Below, one piece after another: positions 10,109 to 20,265 of a DNA stretch of 64,000 bases (the first letter of the stretch is position 1; the number at the start of each line of letters is the position of its first letter). The stretch covers positions 91,213 to 155,212 of the forward strand of contig JANMQY010000058.1 of the NCBI GenBank assembly GCA_031370785.1, written 5' to 3'. The stretch is from Candidatus Eiseniibacteriota bacterium (GTDB taxonomy: Bacteria > Eisenbacteria > RBG-16-71-46). A program made the position numbers and the translations under genes. The notes under the pieces were generated by a model. That model did not search any database. It saw only the letters and a list, made by a program, of their open reading frames with translations, and was not told the origin of the DNA.

Positions 10109-11170
10109 ATGACGATTCCAACCGAACCCATCGGCAGCATTCCTCGACCGCTCCACCTGATCGAAGCGTTCTCGGAGCGGGACAGCGAAGACCCGAGCCT
10201 GGGTCCGCTCTACGAGGAAGCGATACGAGACACCATCGAGCGTTTCGAGGCCACCGGGTCACCCGTGATCACCGACGGCGAACAGAGGAAGTTTCATAAT
10301 TTCTGGACCTACAGTGTTCACGCGCTTCCGAACACCTCACCCGATGGCTTCAAGATCCCTTTCGCGGCGGGTCACACGCGCCGCATGCTGCGGCTCACGA
10401 AGGGCCCGTTCCGTTACCGGCGCTACGCGGACGAGTACCTCGAGTACGCACAACGACATACGCATCGGCCGGTCAAGCAGGCGGTCATCTCGCCGTCGGC
10501 ATTGAGCCTCATGTATCCCCCCGAGGGGATTCCCGGTTATTCGCGCGAACAGTTCCTCGACGATCTGCTCAACGAGCACGAGACGGAAGTCCGTCGCTGC
10601 CTCAAGAAGGGAGCTCACGCGGTTCAGATCGATTTCACCGAGGGGCGGCTGGCGATGAAGGTCGATCCCACGGGGAATCTGCTCAACAGCTTCATCGATC
10701 TGAACAACCTCGCGCTGTCACGCTTCTCCGCGCAGGACCGCGCCCGCCTGGGGGTGCACACCTGCCCCGGTGGCGATCGCGATTCGACCCACAGCGCGGA
10801 CGTCGACTACGCCGAGTTGCTGCCCAGCCTGTTCGAACTGAGGGTCGGTAATTTCTACATCGCGCTCGCGTGCGAGAAGAACCCGGTCGAAGTACTGAAA
10901 ATCATCCGGAAACACATGAAGCCTGACCAGCGGGTGTTCGTCGGCGTTGTGGAGACGATCAACCCGCGCATCGAGACTCGCGAAGAAGTCCGTGACCGTA
11001 TTCTCGAGGCAGCCGAGTACCTCCCGCTCGATCGGCTGGGCACCACCGACGATTGCGGTTACGCGCCGTTCAGCGACGATGTGTCCACCAGCCGCGACAC
11101 TGCGTTCGCCAAGATCCAGGCGCGCGTGGAGGGCACCGCGCTTGCGTCGGAGGCGATCGGAGACAGGTAG
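10109..11170 (+). CDS. Single-barrel cobalamin-independent methionine synthase II (MetE C-terminal domain)-like protein
   Basis: TEPIGSIPRP, ITDGEQ, Zn-ligand motifs VHTC and TDDCG. ~353 aa, so it has no N-terminal barrel. Confidence 0.8.
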   Translation: MTIPTEPIGSIPRPLHLIEAFSERDSEDPSLGPLYEEAIRDTIERFEATGSPVITDGEQRKFHNFWTYSVHALPNTSPDGFKIPFAAGHTRRMLRLTKGPFRYRRYADEYLEYAQRHTHRPVKQAVISPSALSLMYPPEGIPGYSREQFLDDLLNEHETEVRRCLKKGAHAVQIDFTEGRLAMKVDPTGNLLNSFIDLNNLALSRFSAQDRARLGVHTCPGGDRDSTHSADVDYAELLPSLFELRVGNFYIALACEKNPVEVLKIIRKHMKPDQRVFVGVVETINPRIETREEVRDRILEAAEYLPLDRLGTTDDCGYAPFSDDVSTSRDTAFAKIQARVEGTALASEAIGDR

Positions 11171-13491
11171 TGGATAGTCACGACGAAGAACTCGAGCGGC
11201 TGCGGTCGGTAGCGCTTCAGAATGCCAACAGCATTCTCATCGCGCGCCAGCGCGCCGAGAACGAGCTGATCCAGGCAAAGGAAGCCCTCGAGCAGAAGAC
11301 CGCCGAGCTCGCCGACTCGCTTTCGATGATGCGCGCGACGCTGGAGTCCACCACGGACGGGATCCTGGTGACGGACGCCGCCGCCCGGGTAACGGGCTTC
11401 AACGAAAACTACGTGTCGATGTGGGGAATGCCTCGCGAGCTCATCGATTCGCGAGACCACAGGCTGCTCATCGACTTCATCTCGAAGCGAGTCGTGGAGC
11501 CGGAGAAGTATCTCGCGCGAATGGCGGAGATCTACGCGACCTCGCCGCCGGAAAGCTTCGACGTCCTGCGTCTGCTCGATGGAAAGGTGCTGGAGCGATA
11601 TTCGAGGATCCAGTTCCTCAGAGAGCGAAACATCGGGCGCGTCTGGAGCTTCCGCGACGTCACCGAGCGCAGGCGCGCCGAGGAAGCCGTGCGCGAGGAG
11701 AGCCGCCTTCTCGAGCTGCTGAACCGGACCGGGACCACGCTGGCCTCGCAGCTCGAGCTGCAATCGCTCGCGCAGGCGGTGACCGATGCGGGCACCGAGC
11801 TGAGCGGCGCCACGTTCGGAGCGTTCTTCTACAACCCGAAGGATGCGAAACGCGAGGGGTACGTGCTCTACGCGGTTTCCGGCGCGCCGGGAGAGGTTCT
11901 GGACAAGAGGGGGCAGCCGCCGCGGATCGGTTCCGCGTTCGACGGCGAAGCTCCGGTGCGCTGCGACGATGTTCTCAACGATCCGCGCCCCGGCGACATG
12001 GCGCCATTCGCCGGGACCGCGTCGGATGCATCGCCGGTTCGAAGCATCCTGGCGGTTCCGGTGATGTCGCGCTCCGGCTCCGTGATCGGCCGGCTGTTCT
12101 TCGGGCATCCCAACCCAGGCGTGTTCATCGAGCGCACCGAGCGGATCATCGTGGGAATCGCCGCTCAGGCGGCGATCGCGATCGACAACGCCCGCCTGTA
12201 CGAGGCAGCGCAGAACGCGGCCGAAGAGCGCAGGAAGCTCCTCGAGAGGGAACGGTCGGCGCGCGCCGATGCGGAGCGCAGCAACGAGCTGAAGGACGAG
12301 TTCCTCGCGACCGTCTCCCACGAGCTTCGGACCCCGCTGAGCGCCATTCTCGGGTGGGCCACGATTCTCCGTCGCGATGGGTCGGACGAGGTCCAGCTGA
12401 AGCAGGGACTCGAGGTCATCGAGCGAAACGCCCGCGTCCAGGCCCAGCTGATCGAAGACCTTCTCGACATGAGCCGGATCAACTCCGGGAAGATGCGGCT
12501 CGAGATCCAGCTGGTGGAACCGACCCTGTTCATCGAGGCCGCGATCGAAACCGTGAGGCCCGCTGCCGACGCGAAGGGAATCCGGCTCGAGAAGCTGCTG
12601 GATCCGCTGGCCGGCCCGGTCCTCGGCGATCCCAGCCGGCTGCAGCAGGTCGTCTGGAATCTTCTCTCGAACGCGATCAAGTTCACGCCCAGGGATGGGA
12701 GGGTGCAGGTCGTTCTGGAGCGAGTGAACTCGCACATCGAGATCAGCGTCGCCGACACGGGGCTCGGCATCGAGCCCGACTTTCTCCCGCAGGTATTCGA
12801 TCGCTTCCTGCAGGCGGATGCTTCGGCCTCCCGGACGCAGGGAGGGCTCGGCCTCGGCCTGTCCATCGTGAAGAACCTGGTCGAGCTGCACGGAGGCACG
12901 GTGCAGGTCGCGAGCCCCGGGATCGGGCACGGCACGACCTTCGCGGTAAAGCTTCCCCTGACCGTGGTCCACCGGAACCTTCACGGAGAAGAGCGCCTGC
13001 ACCCGAAGACGCCCAAAGCGATCTCAGGGGGCTTCCAGCGCTACGATCTCTCCGGACTCAAGGTGCTGGTCGTCGATGACGAAGCGGATGCGCGCGATCT
13101 CATCAGCCGGGTGCTCGAAGACTGCGATGCCGAGGTGATCACGGCCGCGAACGCCGATGAGGCGATGGTGCTTCTCGAGAAGAAGAGACCCCACGTGCTG
13201 GTGAGCGACATCGGCATGCCCAACGTCGATGGCTACGAGCTCCTCAGGCGCGTGCGGGCGCTCCCGTCCTATGCGGGCGGGAAGATACCGGCGATCGCGC
13301 TCACCGCATTCGCCAGGTCCGAGGACCGCACCCGGGCGCTCGGGGCCGGCTTCCAGGTCCATGTCTCGAAGCCGGTCGAGCCCTCCGAGCTGGTCGTCAC
13401 CATCGCGAGTGTCGCCGGGCGCACCGCGCAGCCGGGCGTCGAGAGATCGGGCGAACGATCGACCTGGTCTCCCGACAAGGGCGGCGCCTAG
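11170..13491 (+). CDS. Hybrid sensor histidine kinase (PAS-GAF-HisKA-HATPase-REC)
   Basis: GTG overlapping the upstream TAG. ESTTDGILVTD (PAS), GAF end (AAIAIDNARLY), SHELRTPL, NLLSNAIKFT, GGLGLGL, and receiver VVDDE...SDIGMP...KP. Confidence 0.92.
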   Translation: MDSHDEELERLRSVALQNANSILIARQRAENELIQAKEALEQKTAELADSLSMMRATLESTTDGILVTDAAARVTGFNENYVSMWGMPRELIDSRDHRLLIDFISKRVVEPEKYLARMAEIYATSPPESFDVLRLLDGKVLERYSRIQFLRERNIGRVWSFRDVTERRRAEEAVREESRLLELLNRTGTTLASQLELQSLAQAVTDAGTELSGATFGAFFYNPKDAKREGYVLYAVSGAPGEVLDKRGQPPRIGSAFDGEAPVRCDDVLNDPRPGDMAPFAGTASDASPVRSILAVPVMSRSGSVIGRLFFGHPNPGVFIERTERIIVGIAAQAAIAIDNARLYEAAQNAAEERRKLLERERSARADAERSNELKDEFLATVSHELRTPLSAILGWATILRRDGSDEVQLKQGLEVIERNARVQAQLIEDLLDMSRINSGKMRLEIQLVEPTLFIEAAIETVRPAADAKGIRLEKLLDPLAGPVLGDPSRLQQVVWNLLSNAIKFTPRDGRVQVVLERVNSHIEISVADTGLGIEPDFLPQVFDRFLQADASASRTQGGLGLGLSIVKNLVELHGGTVQVASPGIGHGTTFAVKLPLTVVHRNLHGEERLHPKTPKAISGGFQRYDLSGLKVLVVDDEADARDLISRVLEDCDAEVITAANADEAMVLLEKKRPHVLVSDIGMPNVDGYELLRRVRALPSYAGGKIPAIALTAFARSEDRTRALGAGFQVHVSKPVEPSELVVTIASVAGRTAQPGVERSGERSTWSPDKGGA

Positions 13492-14276
13492 TACCGACCA
13501 CGGCGGCGCTCCTTCGCCGGGAGATTCTCGAGGCAGGTCGTCCACCATCCGGTGCGGATCGTGGTCACGAACTCGGGTGGCAGCGCCTCCGCTTCCATCT
13601 CCCGCGCCAGCGCCTCGTGGTCGTAAGAGGCCCGACGGAACTCGACTCGAACCTCTGCGCCGACGCTCAGCATCGCGTAGCACACGTCGGTGCGTCCGTC
13701 GTTGGCCGGTCGCCCGATCGCACCGACGTTCAGCACGTGCCGGCCGGACGGCAGCTCACGATGCCACGGCAGCCCGGTGTGCGTGCAGGCGATGACCTCG
13801 ACGCCGTGCGTCTCGCACAGCCATTCGAGGAACGCGTCCGAGCACGTGCTCTCCCACAGGAATTCGTTTACGCGCCGCGGCGACCCGTGGCACAGCAGGA
13901 TGCGGCGGCCGCCGGCGTCGAGCCGGTGCTGTTCCGGCCGGGACCCCATCCAGGCGCGATGCGTGGCAGAAGTGCGCGCCAATGTGTAGTCGTACGAGAT
14001 CTGGGCGAACCGGTTGTCGAGCGGATCGGTGTAGCCGCATCCGCAGTCGGGAAGGCCCTCGCCGATCGATGCGTCGTAGTTGCCGCGCAGCATGCCGACC
14101 TCCGCCGCACGCAGCAGATCGGCGGCGCGGTCGGGGTGGGGCCCGAAGCCGCCCAGATCACCGAGGCACCACGTCGAGTCCGCTCCGCTCTGCGCCACGT
14201 CTTCGAGAACGCGCTCGAGCGCCAGGTGGTTGCTGTACACGCCGCCGAACAGTGCGAGCTTCATCCCGAGCCTCAT
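13488..14276 (-). CDS. Calcineurin-like metallophosphoesterase family protein (atypical first motif)
   Basis: CLGDL, RGNYD, CHGSP, THTG, NVGAIGRP. GGVYSN sits where DxH is expected. ATGA overlap with the radical SAM stop. Confidence 0.82.
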   Translation of the reverse strand: MRLGMKLALFGGVYSNHLALERVLEDVAQSGADSTWCLGDLGGFGPHPDRAADLLRAAEVGMLRGNYDASIGEGLPDCGCGYTDPLDNRFAQISYDYTLARTSATHRAWMGSRPEQHRLDAGGRRILLCHGSPRRVNEFLWESTCSDAFLEWLCETHGVEVIACTHTGLPWHRELPSGRHVLNVGAIGRPANDGRTDVCYAMLSVGAEVRVEFRRASYDHEALAREMEAEALPPEFVTTIRTGWWTTCLENLPAKERRRGRY

Positions 14277-15178
14277 CCGTTGGCGCAGGTCATGCCGGTC
14301 ACGTAACAGGTGAAGCATGCGCCGTGGTCAAGCCGGTAGGGAGCCTGGGCGTCGATCAGGCGCTCTCCGAGCCGGCCGCCCGGCTCGTCCACCAGCAGCG
14401 GGCATACGAACACGCCCTTGGCGGTCACCGCGCGGCAGTGACCGCACTGCAGCCGCTGTGGATCGAATCCTTCGGCCGGAAGATCGCGAAGGCTCTCGAA
14501 GGCCTCGTAGCCGCGCGAGCGTGCGGTCTCGCGGCCGAGCCGGAACATGGGCAGCACCTTGAGTCGCGGGCGGGCGAGACCGGCCGCGCGCAGCATGACG
14601 AGATAGCGCGCGCGGAACGAGAGATCGTCCTCGTCGGTGGAATGGGTCGCGGTGACGATCGGGAGCAGCCCGCTCGCCTCGAGGCCACGCAGCCCATCCA
14701 GGGCGCGCTCGAAGCTGCCGGGGCCCCGGAATCGATCGTGCTCCGCGGCGGTCGCGCCGTCGAGGCTCACCCGGATCTCGAGCGTGTAGCGCGTGGCTTC
14801 ATCCAGTCGGCGCAGGTCCGCGAGCCGCTCGGATGTGAACAGTGTTCCATTGGTGAGCACGGTGCACGGGGCGAGAGGAAGGGTGTCCTCAAGGATCTCG
14901 AGCAGCGCGGGGTGCATGAACGGCTCGCCGCCGGTGAAGTAGAACTCCCTGACCCCGAGCGCGAGCCCTTCGCACACGCGCGCGCCCACCTCCTCGCGCG
15001 ACATCAGCCCGTGGTGCAGATCACCCGGCCCACACGACACGAAGCAGTGCGTGCACGTCAGATTGCACAGCGTGCCCGCCACCTGGATCCACAGCGCATC
15101 GAGATGATGGAGCGGCTGCGCGGGCCAGGCCGGATCCGCTCCGGGGAGAATCGTGTGTGGAGAAGCGAACGACGTCAT
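14273..15178 (-). CDS. Radical SAM protein with Cys-rich C-terminus
   Basis: CNLTCTHC, TGGEPF, TNG, SLDG...HD.FRG.GSF. C-terminal CGHC, CP, CFTC and C. GAGGAG RBS. Confidence 0.88.
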   Translation of the reverse strand: MTSFASPHTILPGADPAWPAQPLHHLDALWIQVAGTLCNLTCTHCFVSCGPGDLHHGLMSREEVGARVCEGLALGVREFYFTGGEPFMHPALLEILEDTLPLAPCTVLTNGTLFTSERLADLRRLDEATRYTLEIRVSLDGATAAEHDRFRGPGSFERALDGLRGLEASGLLPIVTATHSTDEDDLSFRARYLVMLRAAGLARPRLKVLPMFRLGRETARSRGYEAFESLRDLPAEGFDPQRLQCGHCRAVTAKGVFVCPLLVDEPGGRLGERLIDAQAPYRLDHGACFTCYVTGMTCANG

Positions 15179-15232
15179 GAGACTCCTCGTGCTGGGCTAG
15201 GGAGAAACGCCGTTCCGGCGCGGGAGCGTGGT

Positions 15233-15261
15233 TTGACCGCCCGCGCGCCGCCGCCTATCCT
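15233..15261 (+). promoter_or_regulatory. Sigma70-type promoter for the mrp operon
   Basis: TTGACC-17 bp-TATCCT in the divergent intergenic region. Confidence 0.55.
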
Positions 15262-15418
15262 GATCCGTTCGGTTCCGGCCACCGGGCCGCCCCCGCACCG
15301 GGCGCGGGCCCTAGAGCGAGGGAGCATGATGCGCGAACCCGCCGGGAAAAGCACATCCGGTCGCGAGTCCCGCTTCGGCCGCGAGCGCGGGTCGGACCCC
15401 AACCTGACGGGAATCGGA

Positions 15419-16492
15419 ATGTCCCAGATCCAGACCAGAGACGTCCTCGCAGCGCTCGGCACCGTGCAGGATCCGGACCTTCACCGGGACCTGGTCACCC
15501 TCGGCATGATCGAGGAGGTAGTGATCGCGGACGGGCGCGTATCGTTCCGTCTGGTGCTCACCACCTCGGCCTGCCCGCTCAAGGGCCAGATCGAGGACGA
15601 GGCGCGCGCCGCGGTGGGTGCGCTGCCCGGAGTGCGTGAAGTGGTGATCGAAACCACCTCCCGGGTGCGCAAGGCCAAGGATCCGACCGCGGATCGCAAG
15701 GCGCTCGAGGGCGTGGGCCACGTGATCGCGATCGGATCGGGCAAGGGCGGCGTGGGCAAGTCCACCGTGAGCGCGAATCTCGCGGTGGCGCTGGCCATGA
15801 CCGGCGCCAGGGTCGGGCTGCTCGACGGGGACATCTACGGTCCCAACCTGCCGCGCATGCTCGGCGTGCATCGCCAGCCCTCGCAGCGCAACGGCAAGAT
15901 CGTTCCGGTCGAGGCGTGGGGCCTGCACTTCATGTCGATGGGCCTGCTGGTGGACCAGGGTGAAGCGGTGGTGTGGCGGGGCCCGATGCTGCACGGCGCG
16001 ATCAAGAGCTTCCTGCACGACGTGGACTGGGGCGACCTCGACTACCTGCTCGTCGACCTTCCGCCCGGCACCGGCGACGTGCAGCTCTCGCTGATCCAGC
16101 AGACCCACATCGCCGGCGCGGTGGTGGTGACCACGCCCTCGATGGTCGCGATCGAGGATGCGGTCAAGGCGGTGAACATGTTCTCCAAGCTGCAGGTGCC
16201 GGTGCTCGGAGTGGTCGAGAACATGAGCTACTTCGAGTGTCCCAACTGCCACGAGCGCCACTCGATCTTCAGCACCGGAGATGCGGAGACCCGCGCGCTG
16301 GCCATGGGGCTTCCGTTCCTCGGCGCAATCCCGCTCCATCCCGACGTGCGCAGCGGCGGGGATACCGGGCGCCCGGTCGTAGTCGAGAAACCCGACAGCG
16401 AGTACGCGCGCGCGCTGAGCCGAATCGCCGGACACCTGGCGCAGCGCGTCTCGATCCAGACCCTTGGGGTCGCGGAGGATCTCCATGCGTGA
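15419..16492 (+). CDS. mrp: Mrp/ApbC Fe-S cluster carrier ATPase
   Basis: N-terminal DPDL...LTTSACP (DUF59-like), SGKGGVGKST, WRGPM, DLPPGTGD, ENMSYFECPNC. Confidence 0.93.
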   Translation: MSQIQTRDVLAALGTVQDPDLHRDLVTLGMIEEVVIADGRVSFRLVLTTSACPLKGQIEDEARAAVGALPGVREVVIETTSRVRKAKDPTADRKALEGVGHVIAIGSGKGGVGKSTVSANLAVALAMTGARVGLLDGDIYGPNLPRMLGVHRQPSQRNGKIVPVEAWGLHFMSMGLLVDQGEAVVWRGPMLHGAIKSFLHDVDWGDLDYLLVDLPPGTGDVQLSLIQQTHIAGAVVVTTPSMVAIEDAVKAVNMFSKLQVPVLGVVENMSYFECPNCHERHSIFSTGDAETRALAMGLPFLGAIPLHPDVRSGGDTGRPVVVEKPDSEYARALSRIAGHLAQRVSIQTLGVAEDLHA

Positions 16493-17648
16493 GATCTACG
16501 CCGATCACGCGGCCACCACGCCGCCGCTGCCGGAGGCGATCGAGGCAATGCGGCCGTTTCTCGGCGAGTCTTTCGGCAACGCTTCGTCGGTGCATCGACG
16601 TGGAGAAGCCGCGCGCGATGCGATCGATCGGGCGCGCACCGAGGTGGCGCACCTGATCGGAGCTCTGCCGGAGGAGATCGTCTTCACCGCTTCCGGTTCC
16701 GAGGGCAACAATCTCGCGCTGCAGGGCGTGCTGGCCGGTGCGACCGGCGAGCGCCGCCGGCTCGTGATCTCGGCCATCGAGCACCCATCCGTGCTGGAGA
16801 CCGCGCGCCATCTCGAGTCACGCGGAGTGCCGCTCACCATCGTGCCGGTCGAACCCAACGGGATCGTGGATCTGGCGCGGGTTGCCTCTGCGCTCGGCCC
16901 CGATGTCGCGCTGGTCTCGATCATGTTCGTCAACAACGAGATCGGAACGGTGCAGCCGATCGCCGAGATCGCGGCCCTGGCCAGGGCCGCCGGCGCGCGC
17001 ATGCACTGCGATGCGGTGCAGGCCGCGGGCAAGCTGCCGATCGACGTGAACGCGCTTGGCGTAGACCTGCTGACTCTCGCCGGACACAAGCTGGGCGGCC
17101 CGCTCGGAGCTGCCGCGCTCTACGTCCGGCGGCGGACGCGCCTGGTGCCGCTGGTCCATGGGGGACATCAGGAGCGATCGCGGCGCGCGGGCACCGAGAA
17201 TCTTCCGGCGATCGTGGGGCTTGGAGTCGCGGCCAGGGCTGCGGCGGGGCGGGTCCAGGGAGCTCGCCGGCTCGCCGCGCTCGCGAAACGGCTCGAGACC
17301 GGGCTGCTCGCGATCGAGGGAACGAAGCTCAACGGAGATGCGGAACGGCGCGCGCCCGGAATCGTCAACCTTTGCTTCACGGGCGTGGACGGGGAAGCGG
17401 TGCTGCACGAGCTGGACCGCGAAGGCGTCACGGTGTCGACCGGCTCGGCATGCAGTGCGGCGACTCCGGGACCATCGCACGTGCTGCTCTCGCTCGGGCT
17501 TCGCCCGGAAGATGCGCATGCCAGCGTGCGATTCTCGCTGGGCGAAGGGAACGAGGCGGCGGACGTGGAATCCATTCTGGCCATCACACCGATCGTGATC
17601 GAGAGGCTGCGCGCGCTCGATCGTCGTCCGGTCGAGCGCAGCGCGTAG
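16485..17648 (+). CDS. iscS: Cysteine desulfurase (IscS/NifS type)
   Basis: [27 protein letters not shown] (PLP Lys), STGSACS. Confidence 0.9.
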   Translation: MREIYADHAATTPPLPEAIEAMRPFLGESFGNASSVHRRGEAARDAIDRARTEVAHLIGALPEEIVFTASGSEGNNLALQGVLAGATGERRRLVISAIEHPSVLETARHLESRGVPLTIVPVEPNGIVDLARVASALGPDVALVSIMFVNNEIGTVQPIAEIAALARAAGARMHCDAVQAAGKLPIDVNALGVDLLTLAGHKLGGPLGAAALYVRRRTRLVPLVHGGHQERSRRAGTENLPAIVGLGVAARAAAGRVQGARRLAALAKRLETGLLAIEGTKLNGDAERRAPGIVNLCFTGVDGEAVLHELDREGVTVSTGSACSAATPGPSHVLLSLGLRPEDAHASVRFSLGEGNEAADVESILAITPIVIERLRALDRRPVERSA

Positions 17649-17668
17649 GCTCGGGAGAGGAGCGGGGC

Positions 17669-18583
17669 GTGAATCAGCAGGAACAGTTCCGCCTGAAGGT
17701 AGGCCTGGCGGAGATGCTCAAGGGCGCGGTGATCATGGACGTAATGAGTGCGGACCAGGCCGAGATCGCGCAGGAGGCGGGAGCGGCGGCGGTGATGGCG
17801 CTCGAGCGGATCCCCTCGGAGATCCGGCGCCACGGCGGCGTCGCGCGTATGAGCGACCCGCAGATGATCCGCGCGATCCAGAAGGTGGTGGACATCCCGG
17901 TGATGGCGAAATGCCGGATCGGGCACATGGCCGAGGCGCAGATCCTCGAGGCGCTGGAAATCGACTTCGTGGACGAGAGCGAAGTGCTGACCCCCGCCGA
18001 CGAGGAGCATCACGTGTGGAAGCACGCGTTCAAGGTGCCGTTCGTGTGCGGCTGCCGGGATCTGGGCGAGGCGCTGCGCCGCATCGGTGAAGGCGCGGCG
18101 CTGATCCGGACCAAGGGCGAAGCCGGGACCGGAAACATCGTGGAGGCGGTGCGGCACATGCGCGCGGTGCAGAAGCACCTGAAGCGGCTGACTACGCTGC
18201 GCGACGACGAGCTGATGGCCGAGGCCAAGACTCTCGGGGCGCCGTTCGAGCTGGTGAAGCAGATCGCGAAGACCGGCCGGTTGCCGGTGCCGAATTTCGC
18301 GGCGGGAGGAGTGGCACTGCCGGCCGACGCGTCACTGATGATGCAGCTCGGGGCCGAGGCGGTATTCGTGGGCTCGGGGATCTTCGAGGTCGGAAAGGAT
18401 CTGTCGGCGCCTGAACAGCGCCGCGCGCAGCTCAGGATGGCGAGCGCGATCGTCAAGGCGGTGGCGAACTACGACAAGCCCGAGGTGCTGGCGGAAATCA
18501 GCACCGGGCTGCCTTCGGCGATGCGCGGGATCTCGCTCGAGACCCTGTCCGAAGAGCAGCTGCTCGCGAAGCGTGGATGGTGA
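17669..18583 (+). CDS. pdxS: Pyridoxal 5'-phosphate synthase lyase subunit
   Basis: [36 protein letters not shown]-terminal RGW. Confidence 0.95.
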   Translation: MNQQEQFRLKVGLAEMLKGAVIMDVMSADQAEIAQEAGAAAVMALERIPSEIRRHGGVARMSDPQMIRAIQKVVDIPVMAKCRIGHMAEAQILEALEIDFVDESEVLTPADEEHHVWKHAFKVPFVCGCRDLGEALRRIGEGAALIRTKGEAGTGNIVEAVRHMRAVQKHLKRLTTLRDDELMAEAKTLGAPFELVKQIAKTGRLPVPNFAAGGVALPADASLMMQLGAEAVFVGSGIFEVGKDLSAPEQRRAQLRMASAIVKAVANYDKPEVLAEISTGLPSAMRGISLETLSEEQLLAKRGW

Positions 18584-18586
18584 AGC

Positions 18587-19240
18587 GTGGACGGTGAGCC
18601 GGTGTCACGCGCACGCGTCGGAGTGTTGAGCCTGCAGGGCGACTTCGCCCTGCACGCCGCCGCGCTCCAGACGCTCGGGATCGAGCCGGTGCGCGTCACG
18701 CTGCCCGAGCATCTTGACGGGCTCGAGGCGCTGGTGCTGCCCGGCGGCGAATCCAGCACCATGCTGCGCCTGCTCGAAAGCACAGGCCTGCGCGCGCCTC
18801 TCGAGCGGTTCGTCGCCGGGAAGCCGGTGCTCGCTACCTGCGCCGGGCTGATTCTGCTCGCGCGCGAGGCGGATCGGCTGCCGCTGCCGACCCTGGGGGC
18901 GCTCGACATCAAGGTCGTGCGCAACGGCTACGGCCGCCAGATCCACTCGTTCAGCGGACCGGTCGAATTCGCGCCGTCCCCGGGCCCCGTGAACGGAGTG
19001 TTCATCCGCGCGCCGCGAATCCTCGAGGTGGGCAAGGGGGTCACGGTGGTCGCCCACCGCCCTGCCGGAGAGGGCGCAGCCCGCGAGCCGGTCGGTGTGC
19101 AGGCCGGGCGCATCCTGGGCCTCGCGTTCCATCCCGAGCTGACCGGCGATCTGCGTTTCCATCGCTGGTTCCTTTCCGAGCTGGCCGGCCTCGCCGTGCC
19201 TCGCGCCGAGAGCTCCCGGACTTCCTCGGAGGCGGCATGA
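18587..19240 (+). CDS. pdxT: PLP synthase glutaminase subunit
   Basis: LQGDF, PGGESS, TCAG, RNGYGRQ..SF, FIRAP, FHPEL. Confidence 0.95.
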   Translation: MDGEPVSRARVGVLSLQGDFALHAAALQTLGIEPVRVTLPEHLDGLEALVLPGGESSTMLRLLESTGLRAPLERFVAGKPVLATCAGLILLAREADRLPLPTLGALDIKVVRNGYGRQIHSFSGPVEFAPSPGPVNGVFIRAPRILEVGKGVTVVAHRPAGEGAAREPVGVQAGRILGLAFHPELTGDLRFHRWFLSELAGLAVPRAESSRTSSEAA

Positions 19241-20265
19241 CGCCCGCTTCGACCGAGCGGCGCGCCCTGCACGACTTCGTCGCGAAGCATCAGCGCTTTC
19301 TGCTCACCACCCACCTCAATCCCGATGGAGACGCGATCGGCAGTGAGGTGGCCTTCGCCCGCTGGTTGCGCGCGATGGGAAAGACGGTACGCATCCTGAA
19401 CGACTCGGTGACTCCGACCGCGTTCCTGTTCCTCACCGAGGAAGATCCGATCGAGGTCTACGAGCTGGCGCTTGCGGAACAGCGCTTTGCCGAGGCCGAC
19501 GCGCTGGTGGTCCTCGACACCAGCAACCGCCAGCGCATCGGGCGGCTCGCCGCGGTGATCGACCGCCACGCGATCGCGGTCGCGGTGGTGGACCATCACG
19601 TCTCGCATGCGAGCGGATTCGGACAGGTGAACCTGATCGAGCCGGAGGTGGCCGCGACCGGCGAGCTGGTGTACGACCTGATGCGCGAGTCGGATTGCCC
19701 GATCGATCGCATCACCGCCGAGGCGCTCTACGTCGCACTGATGACCGACACCGGCGGATTCCGCTATTCCAACACCGACAGCCACGCACATCATATGGCG
19801 GCCGAGCTGCTCGGGCTGGGCCTCGATCCGCAGGTGATCCACGCCAAGGTCCACTCCAACGCGCCGGCGGGTCGGCTGCGGTTCTTCGGCGAGGTGCTGG
19901 CCAGGCTCGAAATGCTCGGCGAGGGCAGGCTCGCGGTGCTGGAAGCCTCTCCCGAGCAGTTCCAGCGCCACGGACTGGTGGGCGCCGACACCGAGGGGCT
20001 GGTGGACCTGCCGCGCAGCATCGCGGGAGTCGAAGCGGTCGCGCTCTTCTCGGAAGTCGAGCCGGGCAAGGTGAAGGTCAGCCTGCGCTCGACCGGCCGC
20101 ATCGCGATCGATCAGGTGTGCACCCGGCTCGGAGGCGGCGGGCATCCGCACGCCGCGGGTGTGCTGCTGCGCGCCACCCGCGAGCAGGCGCGGGCCAGGG
20201 TCCTGCCGGAGATCGAGGCGCTGCTGGCGCGCCGCGACCCCGCCGCGGCGCGGCCCGGCCCATGA
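19237..20265 (+). CDS. nrnA: DHH/DHHA1 phosphoesterase (NrnA-like nanoRNase/pAp phosphatase)
   Basis: H.NPDGDAIGS, DHH, TDTGGF, SLRS, GGGGHPHAAG. Confidence 0.85.
   Translation: MTPASTERRALHDFVAKHQRFLLTTHLNPDGDAIGSEVAFARWLRAMGKTVRILNDSVTPTAFLFLTEEDPIEVYELALAEQRFAEADALVVLDTSNRQRIGRLAAVIDRHAIAVAVVDHHVSHASGFGQVNLIEPEVAATGELVYDLMRESDCPIDRITAEALYVALMTDTGGFRYSNTDSHAHHMAAELLGLGLDPQVIHAKVHSNAPAGRLRFFGEVLARLEMLGEGRLAVLEASPEQFQRHGLVGADTEGLVDLPRSIAGVEAVALFSEVEPGKVKVSLRSTGRIAIDQVCTRLGGGGHPHAAGVLLRATREQARARVLPEIEALLARRDPAAARPGP

Noticed and set aside
9949..13491. MetE-like/kinase block as a mobile element
   Set aside because: No integrase, transposase, tRNA or flanking repeats seen. There is only a qualitative compositional shift.
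13982..15418. Apparent 836-aa ORF fusing a long N-terminus to Mrp
   Set aside because: The N-terminal part is the antisense of the radical SAM and phosphoesterase genes. Mrp homology begins near 15419, downstream of its own promoter.
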